From NCBI GenBank assembly GCA_902778935.1, contig CACYZT010000005.1, positions 21,932 through 85,931 on the forward strand: a DNA stretch of 64,000 nucleotides, given 5' to 3'. The position numbers were made by a program, and so were the translations under genes. The notes beneath the pieces are model-generated. The model did not search any database. It saw nothing but the letters and a program-made list of their open reading frames with translations, and was not told where the DNA came from. Below, one piece after another: positions 44,579 to 52,553 of the stretch (positions are counted from its first letter, which is position 1; each line of letters opens with the position of its first letter). The DNA is from an uncultured Bacteroidales bacterium. Lineage in GTDB: Bacteria > Bacteroidota > Bacteroidia > Bacteroidales > Paludibacteraceae.

Positions 44579-45193
44579 ATGTGGAGTATCATCACGGAGC
44601 ATATTGAGATAGACCGCGAGCAGCGGTGCGTACGCAAGGACGGAGAAGTGGTACATCTGACAGGTCTGGAATACGGGTTGCTGGACTACCTGACGGCTCA
44701 TGCCAACCGCCTATGCACTCGGCTGGAACTGCTGGACCATGTATGGGGTCCGCGTTTCCAATACGACCCGGGCACGATAGACGTTCATCTCAATGCGCTG
44801 CGCCGCAAGCTGGGTTGGAGCAAGAGCCGACCGATAGAGACTATCCGCGGCGCAGGACTCATCTTCCGTGTCGAGAAACCGGTGGAGCGCTACACGATAG
44901 ACCTGCAGACCTTTCTCGCAGAATGGTTGCAGAGCCACGAGGTGGACATCACTTCCGCCGGACTGACCGCTCAACTGCAACTCACACCCTTCGTCAACGA
45001 ACTGACCATCGCGCCGGACGCTCTTCGGCGTATGCTGGACGGTATTCTGATGGCTCTGCTACCCGCTGCGCAATCCGGCGTGCTGAGGCTGAGTTCTAAG
45101 CTGACGATGCAGCATTTCACCCTCTCCATGGACATCAACGGCACTATCAGCGACCTTCGTATCCCTATTTCTGGGGATTTTGATGCTTCTTAA
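44579..45193 (+). CDS. receiver-less OmpR-type winged-helix protein fused to a degenerate HATPase-like segment (possible two-component relic)
   Basis: 'LTGLEYGLLDYL......R.EL...VWG......T.DVH...LR.KL......IETIRGAGL' is a Trans_reg_C pattern. The C-terminal 'IAPDALRRMLDGILMALLP' resembles a kinase N-box that lacks Asn. Start set at 44579 because the -7 box occupies 44562-44569. Confidence 0.55.
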   Translation: MWSIITEHIEIDREQRCVRKDGEVVHLTGLEYGLLDYLTAHANRLCTRLELLDHVWGPRFQYDPGTIDVHLNALRRKLGWSKSRPIETIRGAGLIFRVEKPVERYTIDLQTFLAEWLQSHEVDITSAGLTAQLQLTPFVNELTIAPDALRRMLDGILMALLPAAQSGVLRLSSKLTMQHFTLSMDINGTISDLRIPISGDFDAS

Positions 45194-45276
45194 GAAAATC
45201 TTAATCTTTGTTTAAGAAAAAAGATATACTTTTGCACCGCGTTTGCCCCGTCGGGGACCCTAATGAAATAAAAAAT

Positions 45277-45927
45277 ATGCGAGCAAAGGTATTATTGGTA
45301 TGTCTGTTTATGGCCTCTGCACTGGCAGCACAAGTGCATGAAGGCATTGAGAAAAACAAAGTCTATCAGGGCTTTTCGGGTGGTATGATGCTGCATACGG
45401 GCTATCAGTTCGGTCGCGACGGCCATGCACCGAAGACCCCCGAAGGACGACTAAGCAGCCCTCAAGGTGCCACTTTCGGCATCGGTGGTGCGCTGCGGGT
45501 ACATCTGTGGAAACATCTGCGTACGGGCTTTGAAGGCTTCGTATCCACTATGCCGAGCGTAGTCACGGACTGCCGCGATGTGCTCAAACCGGGCAGTTAT
45601 GTACGCGTAGGCTGCGGAGGTATTCTTGCCGACTGCTGCTGGCGGTTGGAGAAAGCATGGCCGTACATCGGCGGGGCCATCGGTGGCGGTTCGATGAAAG
45701 GGCTGTATATCCTGGACGGCGACCAGAACAGTTGGACGCAAGACGCCAACAGCACTTTCCACAAGCAGTCGTTCTTCTATGTCACACCATACGTAGGCTG
45801 CGACTATTGCATAACGCGCAAGGTGCATATCACCTTCCGCCTGGACTGGATGCTCGCCATCCATAAGAACGAGCTATGCATGCCTACCGGCCCGCGGCTG
45901 TACTTCGGATTTATGTTTTGCCATTAG
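45277..45927 (+). CDS. small outer-membrane beta-barrel protein
   Basis: Starts at 45277 ('MRAKVLLVCLFMASALAAQV'), downstream of the -7 box at 45227-45234. Gly/aromatic-rich beta pattern. Ends '..YFGFMFCH'. Confidence 0.55.
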   Translation: MRAKVLLVCLFMASALAAQVHEGIEKNKVYQGFSGGMMLHTGYQFGRDGHAPKTPEGRLSSPQGATFGIGGALRVHLWKHLRTGFEGFVSTMPSVVTDCRDVLKPGSYVRVGCGGILADCCWRLEKAWPYIGGAIGGGSMKGLYILDGDQNSWTQDANSTFHKQSFFYVTPYVGCDYCITRKVHITFRLDWMLAIHKNELCMPTGPRLYFGFMFCH

Positions 45928-45963
45928 CTTGCACTAATACTTGCTTTTATAAATAAATTACAT

Positions 45964-46287
45964 ATGATGAACTATACAGGAATTATCATCGGGGCGGCAG
46001 TCTTTTTGAGTATCGGTATCTGCCATCCTATCACAATTAAATTAGAGTACCATTTCGGCCGCAAAGGATGGTGGGTGTTCCTTGTAGCGGGGCTGCTGTC
46101 CACCGCAGCTTCGCTGCTGATTGAGAACTATATCGGTTCCACTATCTTAGGTGCTTTCGCTTTCTCCTGTTTCTGGGGTATCGGCGAAGTGGTCAAGCAG
46201 GAGAAACGCGTGCTCAAAGGCTGGTTTCCGGAGAACCCGAAACGCCACGAGTACTACGAACAAAAACGCAAAGAACTGAATATCTAA
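45964..46287 (+). CDS. small integral membrane protein (DUF4491-like)
   Basis: 107 aa with three hydrophobic helices and a basic C-terminal tail. Confidence 0.5.
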   Translation: MMNYTGIIIGAAVFLSIGICHPITIKLEYHFGRKGWWVFLVAGLLSTAASLLIENYIGSTILGAFAFSCFWGIGEVVKQEKRVLKGWFPENPKRHEYYEQKRKELNI

Positions 46288-46378
46288 TCCATCCCTATTT
46301 TTGGGGATTTTTGCCCGTACCCTTGCTCATATGGGATTTTTTTTGTAATTTTGCAGCGTTTTTGCAAAAAAACGCAGT

Positions 46379-47251
46379 ATGTACAAGGGTAGTGATAAGA
46401 TATGCGATTTGATGTCGCACGAGGAAGATGCGATACAAATCATCAGCCGTTTCGGGCTGGAGATGGGAGTGGGAGACCAGACGATTGAGCAGGTGTGCGC
46501 GTCGCACGGCGTGCATACGCCTACCTTTCTGGATATCGTCAATTACAAGGTGTTCCACCAGCGCGTGGTGCCCGCAGAGATAGATATTCCCACCTTGCAG
46601 CGCTATCTGCACAATGCCCACACCTATTTCCTCGATTTCCGTCTGCCTCGTCTGCGCCGTGCCCTCATCGAAGCTATCATTCCTGCCGACCCGACAACCA
46701 AAATACCGGGACTTATCCTCCGCTGCTATGACGAGTTCGTCGATGAGATACGCACCCATATCGAGCATGAGAACGCCGGCATGTTCGATGAACACCAGCA
46801 CGACGACCAGCGCATCACCGACAAACTGACGGAAATCAAAAACCTCATCATCAAGTACTATCCGACCAAGACTACCTCTACCGAAGGCACCGTCACCTAT
46901 ACGCTCATCAGCGTCATGTCCGAGTTATGGCACACCGAGCAGGATTTCGCTGACCACTGCGCCATCGAGGATGATATCTTACGCCCCGCCATGACGAAAG
47001 TGATGCCGCCTATCCATCGTCGTCACCAGATGCCGGAGAGCGAAGAGTTGAGCGACCGTGAACGAGACGTGCTTGTACAGGTAGTTCGCGGACTGAGTAA
47101 CAAAGAAATTGCCGACGTGCTTTGTATCTCCATGCACACCGTCATCTCCCACCGAAAAAACATCACTCGTAAGCTCAATATCCACTCCACCGCAGGACTC
47201 ACCATCTATGCTATAGTCAACAAACTCGTGGACCTCAACAGCCTCGAATAA
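46379..47251 (+). CDS. LuxR-family transcriptional regulator with His/Glu-rich (hemerythrin-like?) N-terminal domain
   Basis: C-terminal 'LSDRERDVLVQVVRGLSNKEIADVLCISMHTVISHRKNITRKL' is a LuxR/GerE HTH. A -7 box TAATTTTG lies at 46346-46353. Confidence 0.7.
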   Translation: MYKGSDKICDLMSHEEDAIQIISRFGLEMGVGDQTIEQVCASHGVHTPTFLDIVNYKVFHQRVVPAEIDIPTLQRYLHNAHTYFLDFRLPRLRRALIEAIIPADPTTKIPGLILRCYDEFVDEIRTHIEHENAGMFDEHQHDDQRITDKLTEIKNLIIKYYPTKTTSTEGTVTYTLISVMSELWHTEQDFADHCAIEDDILRPAMTKVMPPIHRRHQMPESEELSDRERDVLVQVVRGLSNKEIADVLCISMHTVISHRKNITRKLNIHSTAGLTIYAIVNKLVDLNSLE

Positions 47252-47338
47252 ACACTCCTTTTTCAGTTTTGGCACGGTATTTGTATCAATAGTCACGAAC
47301 AATGTTAACTCAAGTATTAACTCAAAATGATTATTGGT

Positions 47339-47848
47339 ATGAAAAAGATTATTCTTCTGGCGATTAGCGCCATCGTCGCAGCAAACATAAGTGCGCACGA
47401 GAAACAGGAGTGTGAAGGCAAGCAACTCAGTAAGGAACAGCGCATCGAGATGCAAATCCGGCACCTGACCGACGAACTGATGCTCAGTGACAAACAGGCC
47501 GCGAATTTCGCCGTTACCTTCCGCGAGTACAGTCAGGAACTCGACAAGCTCTTCGAGAAAGGTTGCCCCAGAGGCAAAGCATGCAAGGCGGATGAAGTAG
47601 CCGAAAAAGATGATGCAGCGCTGGACAAACGCGCCAAAGAGCGATTCGAAGGGCATAAGAAACTGGCAGACCTGCAGGCTAAGTTCTACGACAAATTCCG
47701 TAAGGACCTCAGTGCCCGCCAAACGGCAAGGGTGATGCATCTGGACGAACCCTTCGGAGCCAAAGGTTGCTGCGGAAAATGCGACAAACAGGGACACAAA
47801 GGCCATCACGGACAGCACGCACAACCCGGAAAGGAAAAGAAAGACTAA
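47339..47848 (+). CDS. periplasmic Spy/CpxP/ZraP-like protein with Cys/His-rich tail
   Basis: Signal peptide 'MKKIILLAISAIVAANISA'. LxxxQ motifs ('LSKEQ', 'LSDKQ', 'LSARQ'). Tail is 'GCCGKCDKQGHKGHHGQH'. Confidence 0.5.
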   Translation: MKKIILLAISAIVAANISAHEKQECEGKQLSKEQRIEMQIRHLTDELMLSDKQAANFAVTFREYSQELDKLFEKGCPRGKACKADEVAEKDDAALDKRAKERFEGHKKLADLQAKFYDKFRKDLSARQTARVMHLDEPFGAKGCCGKCDKQGHKGHHGQHAQPGKEKKD

Positions 47849-47864
47849 GCTAATCCAAGACCGG

Positions 47865-47891
47865 AAAAAGCGCATGAAAATTGCGCTTTTT
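47865..47891 (+). terminator. intrinsic terminator
   Basis: AAAAAGCGCA - TGAAAAT - TGCGCTTTTT. Near-identical to the terminator at 44481-44507. Confidence 0.75.
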
Positions 47892-47947
47892 CTTTTTTTA
47901 TTTGCATATATGCAAAAAAAGTTGTACCTTTGCACGCTAATTTGTAT

Positions 47948-49192
47948 ATGATGGCTAATAAGCGTAAGATTATCAACGACCCTGTGTTCGGATTTCTGTC
48001 TATTCCGAACGAACTGATATACGATGTGCTGCAACACCCCTATGTGCAGCGATTGAGTCGAATTCGTCAATTAGGTTTGTCCTATCTGGTCTATCCCGGA
48101 GCGATGCACAGCCGCTTCGGTCACTCGTTAGGAGCTATGCACCTCATGCACGAGGCGATTGTCTCGCTGCGGATGAAAGGAGTGGAGATAACGGACGAGG
48201 AGGCAACGAGTGCCATGATAGCTATCCTGCTGCATGACATCGGTCACGGCCCGTTCTCGCATGTGCTCGAGCACACGATCGTACACGGCGTGACGCACGA
48301 GGACATCTCGCTCCTGATGATGGAGCGCATCAACCTCGACCTGCACGGACAGCTCGATATGGCGATCGCTATCTTCAAGAACGAGTACCAGAAACATTTC
48401 CTCCATCAACTAATCTCGAGCCAGTTGGACGTGGACCGCATGGATTACCTCTGCCGCGACTCGTTCTTTACCGGCGTGCAGGAAGGACGTGTGGCGAGTG
48501 AACGACTGCTCAAGATGCTCGATGTGCGAAATGACAAACTGGTCGTGCAAGTCAAAGGCATCTACAGCGTGGAGAAATTCCTCGTGGCGCGGCGACTGAT
48601 GTACTGGCAGGTCTATCTGCATAAGACCTCCGTGGCTGGCGAGCAACACTTGATTAAAATCCTTTCGCGGGCGAAAGAGATTGCACGCAACGGCCAAAAG
48701 CCATTAAGCCAAGAGCTATTCTGCTCGCCGGCTTTGCGCTATTTCCTTTACCAAGACGTAACCTTCGATATGTTCAGCCCCACCAGCGAAGCGCTGGAAC
48801 AATACGCCCTGCTGGACGACAACGATGTGCTCTGCGCCATCAAAGCCTGGATTTCTAGCTCAGACAAAGTGCTCAGCGCGCTCAGTAAGGCGTTCATCAA
48901 CCGACAACTCTTCCGCGGCGAACTGATAGACCAACCGCTGACGGACGAACAGAAAAAAGCGCTGAACGAGGAGTTCGCTGCGGCGTTAGGCGTCAGCGAA
49001 AACGATGCGGAGTTCCTTTGGAGCGAACATGTATCTACCAGCAACACCTATTCCGAGAAAGCGGACACGATCGACATCCTCTATAACGACGGCACGGTGC
49101 GCGACATCTCCGAAGCCAGCGAGATACTCGACCTCGCCGCCCTAACCCGCAAACCGACTAAGCGATATCTCTTCAAATATCGCCTTCAATAA
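47948..49192 (+). CDS. HD-domain phosphohydrolase (dNTPase/SAMHD1-like fold)
   Basis: 'RFGHSLGAM' and 'LLHDIGHGPFSH' HD motifs, plus 'DVDRMDYL.RD'. Start placed after the -7 box at 47925-47932. Confidence 0.8.
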   Translation: MMANKRKIINDPVFGFLSIPNELIYDVLQHPYVQRLSRIRQLGLSYLVYPGAMHSRFGHSLGAMHLMHEAIVSLRMKGVEITDEEATSAMIAILLHDIGHGPFSHVLEHTIVHGVTHEDISLLMMERINLDLHGQLDMAIAIFKNEYQKHFLHQLISSQLDVDRMDYLCRDSFFTGVQEGRVASERLLKMLDVRNDKLVVQVKGIYSVEKFLVARRLMYWQVYLHKTSVAGEQHLIKILSRAKEIARNGQKPLSQELFCSPALRYFLYQDVTFDMFSPTSEALEQYALLDDNDVLCAIKAWISSSDKVLSALSKAFINRQLFRGELIDQPLTDEQKKALNEEFAAALGVSENDAEFLWSEHVSTSNTYSEKADTIDILYNDGTVRDISEASEILDLAALTRKPTKRYLFKYRLQ

Positions 49193-49222
49193 TAAATCGT
49201 AAATCGTCAAATCGTAAATATA
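49191..49222. repeat. AAATCGT(C) x4 leader tract
   Basis: aataaatcgt aaatcgtc aaatcgt aaatata. Ends 5 nt before the lpxD ATG. Confidence 0.9.
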
Positions 49223-49225
49223 CTG

Positions 49226-50236
49226 ATGGAATTTAGTGCACAACAGATAGCGGCATTGTTAGGCGGAGCGCTGTACGGCAATTCGCATGCTCTGGTGAGC
49301 GACGTCGCGCCTATTGAACAAGCGCAACCACAGCATCTGACCTTCGTTACCGAAGAGAAATACCTGCCTTTCTTGGCTTCTACCCAAGCCGGAGTAGTGC
49401 TTATCACCCGCAGTCTGGTGGAGGGTAAGATGAACTTCCCGGATGGCGAAGGAAAAGCCGGCGGTGCCTTCATACTCGTGGACAACGCACGTGCTGCTAT
49501 GGGACAGCTGCTGCAAATCGTCAGCAAAGCGATGAACCCGCCCAAGCAAGGCATCGAGCAACCCTCTTTCGTAGCTGACGGAGTGACCATTCCCGAAGAC
49601 GCTTACATAGGCGCCTTTGCGTACATCGGGAAGAACGTACAGTTGGGCAAGGGTGTGCAGATTTACCCGAACGTGTATATCGGCGATAACGTGCGCATCG
49701 GGGACCATACCATTCTCTACGCGGGCGTGAAGGTATATGCGCGTTGCGTCATCGGCGCCGAATGCGTGCTGCACGCCGGAGTGGTGGTCGGCTCGGACGG
49801 TTTCGGCTTCGAACCCGACGCACAGGGCGTGAACCAAAAAATTCCGCAGATAGGCAATGTGATTATCGAGGACGACGTGGAGATAGGCGCTAACACGACC
49901 ATCGACCGCGCCATGATGGGCAGTACCATCATCCGCAAAAACGCAAAGATAGACAACCTTGTGCAGATAGCGCACAATGTGGAAGTAGGTGAATCGACCT
50001 TCCTCTGCGCACAAGTAGGTATCGCCGGTAGCACGAAGGTCGGCAAACATTGTATCTTGGCCGGACAGGTAGGCGCAGCCGGACATATCGAGATAACGGA
50101 CAATTGTATCTTCGGCGCCCAAACGGGTATCCCGGGAAACATCCGCAAACCCGGTCAGTACATGGGCTATCCGGCTATCGATGCCGCTACATGGAGACGC
50201 GCCGTCGTTCGCTTCAAACAATCAGGACAACATTGA
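49226..50236 (+). CDS. lpxD: UDP-3-O-acylglucosamine N-acyltransferase
   Basis: 336 aa. Long run of hexapeptide (left-handed beta-helix) repeats after an LpxD-type N-terminal domain. Confidence 0.9.
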   Translation: MEFSAQQIAALLGGALYGNSHALVSDVAPIEQAQPQHLTFVTEEKYLPFLASTQAGVVLITRSLVEGKMNFPDGEGKAGGAFILVDNARAAMGQLLQIVSKAMNPPKQGIEQPSFVADGVTIPEDAYIGAFAYIGKNVQLGKGVQIYPNVYIGDNVRIGDHTILYAGVKVYARCVIGAECVLHAGVVVGSDGFGFEPDAQGVNQKIPQIGNVIIEDDVEIGANTTIDRAMMGSTIIRKNAKIDNLVQIAHNVEVGESTFLCAQVGIAGSTKVGKHCILAGQVGAAGHIEITDNCIFGAQTGIPGNIRKPGQYMGYPAIDAATWRRAVVRFKQSGQH

Positions 50237-50276
50237 AATGTTGATATTCATTATTAATGGTTAATTATTAATTATT

Positions 50277-51179
50277 TTGAAACAGCACACAATAAAAGAG
50301 AGTTTTACGCTCAGTTCGGTAGGTTTGCACACCGGCTTGCAGATAACGGCTACGTTCCGTCCGGCGCCGGCTAACACAGGCGTTTGGTTGCGCCGCGTGG
50401 ACTTACCCGGACAGCCTTGCCATCAGGCACTCGCGGACTATGTGTCGGCTACCGAACGGGGCACGGTTTTGGAGCGCGGTAAATGGAAAGTGTCCACGGT
50501 AGAGCACGCCCTGAGTGCCCTCTACGCACTGGGAGTGGATAACTGCATCATCGATGTGAACGCACCCGAGATGCCTATCCTCGATGGCAGCGCACAGCTC
50601 TTCGTGCGCGAGATCCAACGCGTCGGACTCGAGGAACAGGACGCCGAGCAACAGGTGTATGTAGTAACCGAACCGATAGAATATATCTCCGAGCACGGAA
50701 ACACCATGCGTATCGAGCCTTGCGAGCGGTTCGAAGTAGATGTGACCATCGCTTTCCAGTCCAACCTTCTGCGCGAGCAGCACGCTACGCTCACGAACCT
50801 CGCGGACTACCCGCGCGATATGGCGGCGGCACGTACCTTCTGTTTCGTGCGCGAGATTGAACCCCTGCTGCGTGTCGGACTCATCAAAGGAGGAGACCTG
50901 AAAAATGCACTCGTCATCTATGAGACCGAACTCTCGCAGTCCGGTATGGACTATTTCTGCGACAAAATGGGACAGCCGCACCTCGATGCAACCAAACTCG
51001 GTTACCTCTCTCCGCTGAACTATCCTAACGAACCTGCACGTCATAAATTGCTCGATGTCATCGGGGATTTTTCGCTCCTCGGACTGCGACTGCAGGGACG
51101 AATAATCGCCTACAAACCCGGCCACACATTCAATACACAATGCGTCCGCCGGCTACGCAACCAGATACTCAGCGAATGA
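50277..51179 (+). CDS. lpxC: UDP-3-O-acyl-N-acetylglucosamine deacetylase (stand-alone, no FabZ fusion)
   Basis: 300 aa with a TTG start. 'GLHTG', 'TVEH..SAL...GVDN', 'E.PI.DGS' and 'HK.LD.IGD' LpxC signatures. Confidence 0.85.
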   Translation: MKQHTIKESFTLSSVGLHTGLQITATFRPAPANTGVWLRRVDLPGQPCHQALADYVSATERGTVLERGKWKVSTVEHALSALYALGVDNCIIDVNAPEMPILDGSAQLFVREIQRVGLEEQDAEQQVYVVTEPIEYISEHGNTMRIEPCERFEVDVTIAFQSNLLREQHATLTNLADYPRDMAAARTFCFVREIEPLLRVGLIKGGDLKNALVIYETELSQSGMDYFCDKMGQPHLDATKLGYLSPLNYPNEPARHKLLDVIGDFSLLGLRLQGRIIAYKPGHTFNTQCVRRLRNQILSE

Positions 51180-51250
51180 GAAAATGGATTAAATGACCAA
51201 ATGATAAAATAAATGAGCAAATGGTAAATGACCAAATGGTAAATAAAATA
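51176..51250. repeat. 7/8-nt periodic tract (C)AAATGR, about 9 units
   Basis: aatgag aaaatgg attaaatgac caaatga taaaata aatgagc aaatggt aaatgac caaatggt aaataaa. Fills the lpxC-lpxA spacer and the first lpxA codons. Confidence 0.85.
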
Positions 51251-51961
51251 AGTCCTCTGGCTTATGTAAGCCCGAAGGCGCAACTGGGAAAGAACGTAAC
51301 GATTGATGCCTTCGCCTATATTGATGACAATGTGATATTGGGCGATAACTGCCATGTATTCCCCAATGCCGTGATAGGCTGTATTCCGCAGGACCTCAAG
51401 TTCAAAGGAGAAGAGACCTGGACCGTCATCGGCAATAACTGCGTACTCCGCGAGTTCGTCACTATCCACCGAGGAACGGCCTCAAGAGGCAAAACAGTCA
51501 TCGGAAACAACAACCTCATCATGGCGTATTGCCATGTCGCGCACGACTGCGTGCTGGGCAATAACATCATCATGTCCAATGTCAGCCAATTGGCAGGCGA
51601 AGTGGAAGTCGATGATTTCGCCGTCATCGGAGGTGGAACACTCGTTCATCAGTTCTCCCATATCGGCGCACATGTGATGATACAAGGTGGTTCGAAAATC
51701 AACAAGGACATACCGCCGTATATCATCGCGGCCAGAGACCCTATCGCGTTCTGCGGCGTTAACTCGATAGGACTCAACCGACGCGGCTTTACACCCGAAC
51801 AGATACACACCATCCAAGAGGTGTATCGCTTGATTTACAACAGCAATCTGAACACCACCCAGGCGCTCGACCGCATTGAAGCAACAATCCCCAAGTCCGC
51901 CGAAAGGGACGCCATCGTCGATTTCGTACGAGCGTCAACCAGAGGCATCGTACGGGCATAA
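51221..51961 (+). CDS. lpxA: acyl-ACP--UDP-N-acetylglucosamine O-acyltransferase
   Basis: 'ISPLAYVSPKAQLG' N-terminus, hexapeptide repeats and an LpxA helical C-terminal domain. The true start may be the second ATG at 51236. Confidence 0.9.
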   Translation: MVNDQMVNKISPLAYVSPKAQLGKNVTIDAFAYIDDNVILGDNCHVFPNAVIGCIPQDLKFKGEETWTVIGNNCVLREFVTIHRGTASRGKTVIGNNNLIMAYCHVAHDCVLGNNIIMSNVSQLAGEVEVDDFAVIGGGTLVHQFSHIGAHVMIQGGSKINKDIPPYIIAARDPIAFCGVNSIGLNRRGFTPEQIHTIQEVYRLIYNSNLNTTQALDRIEATIPKSAERDAIVDFVRASTRGIVRA

Positions 51962-52092
51962 GAGGCAAACCGAGACAAAACCGAAACAAAACCGATACTC
52001 CGCCGACACCAACCTAGGTTATACCTACGTGATATCTAGGTGATACCTAGGTTACATAGCCGAACATAAGCAACCCTTGAGCATATAATAAA

Positions 52093-52521
52093 ATGGCAAA
52101 ATTTAGTCTGACATCACTCTTTGAACAATTGACAGGAAAACTCAATCGCAAAGATGAAATCATCTATCGCAGCACACGCAGGTACGATGCGAACGGGAAA
52201 GTAGTGTTGGAAGGCAAACATGCCTATACACAGGTGGACAAACGTAATTTTAAGAAAAAACCGCCGCGCGGAGCGGAGAAACGGAATATGGATATCATGG
52301 TAGAGGCGCAACGACTCACCAACCAATATCTCTCCTCTGATTCTTCGGACCTGACCGAACTCCGTGAGCGCTTTGACAAACAACTCGCTACCGGCAAACC
52401 CGATGCCGAAGCACCCGTGCTCAAAAAAACAGGCAAACAGAAGATTTACGCCCAGTTCGACCGCTTCGTCTATGCACTCGTTTATAACCGCCTTCGCCAA
52501 CAGACAAGCAACAACGAATAA
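52093..52521 (+). CDS. hypothetical basic protein (142 aa)
   Basis: ORF with gene-like composition and no motif recognised. Paired ACCTAGGT palindromes lie upstream. Confidence 0.45.
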   Translation: MAKFSLTSLFEQLTGKLNRKDEIIYRSTRRYDANGKVVLEGKHAYTQVDKRNFKKKPPRGAEKRNMDIMVEAQRLTNQYLSSDSSDLTELRERFDKQLATGKPDAEAPVLKKTGKQKIYAQFDRFVYALVYNRLRQQTSNNE

Positions 52522-52553
52522 ATTGGTACGAAAAAATTAATACACATACATAT

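Noticed and set aside
45161-46313. Duplicated 23-nt string ATCCCTATTT(C/T)TGGGGATTTT at 45161-45183 and 46291-46313 as a mobile repeat
   Set aside because: Both copies lie at gene 3' ends and form a CCC/GGG hairpin followed by a T-run, so they are most simply similar terminators.
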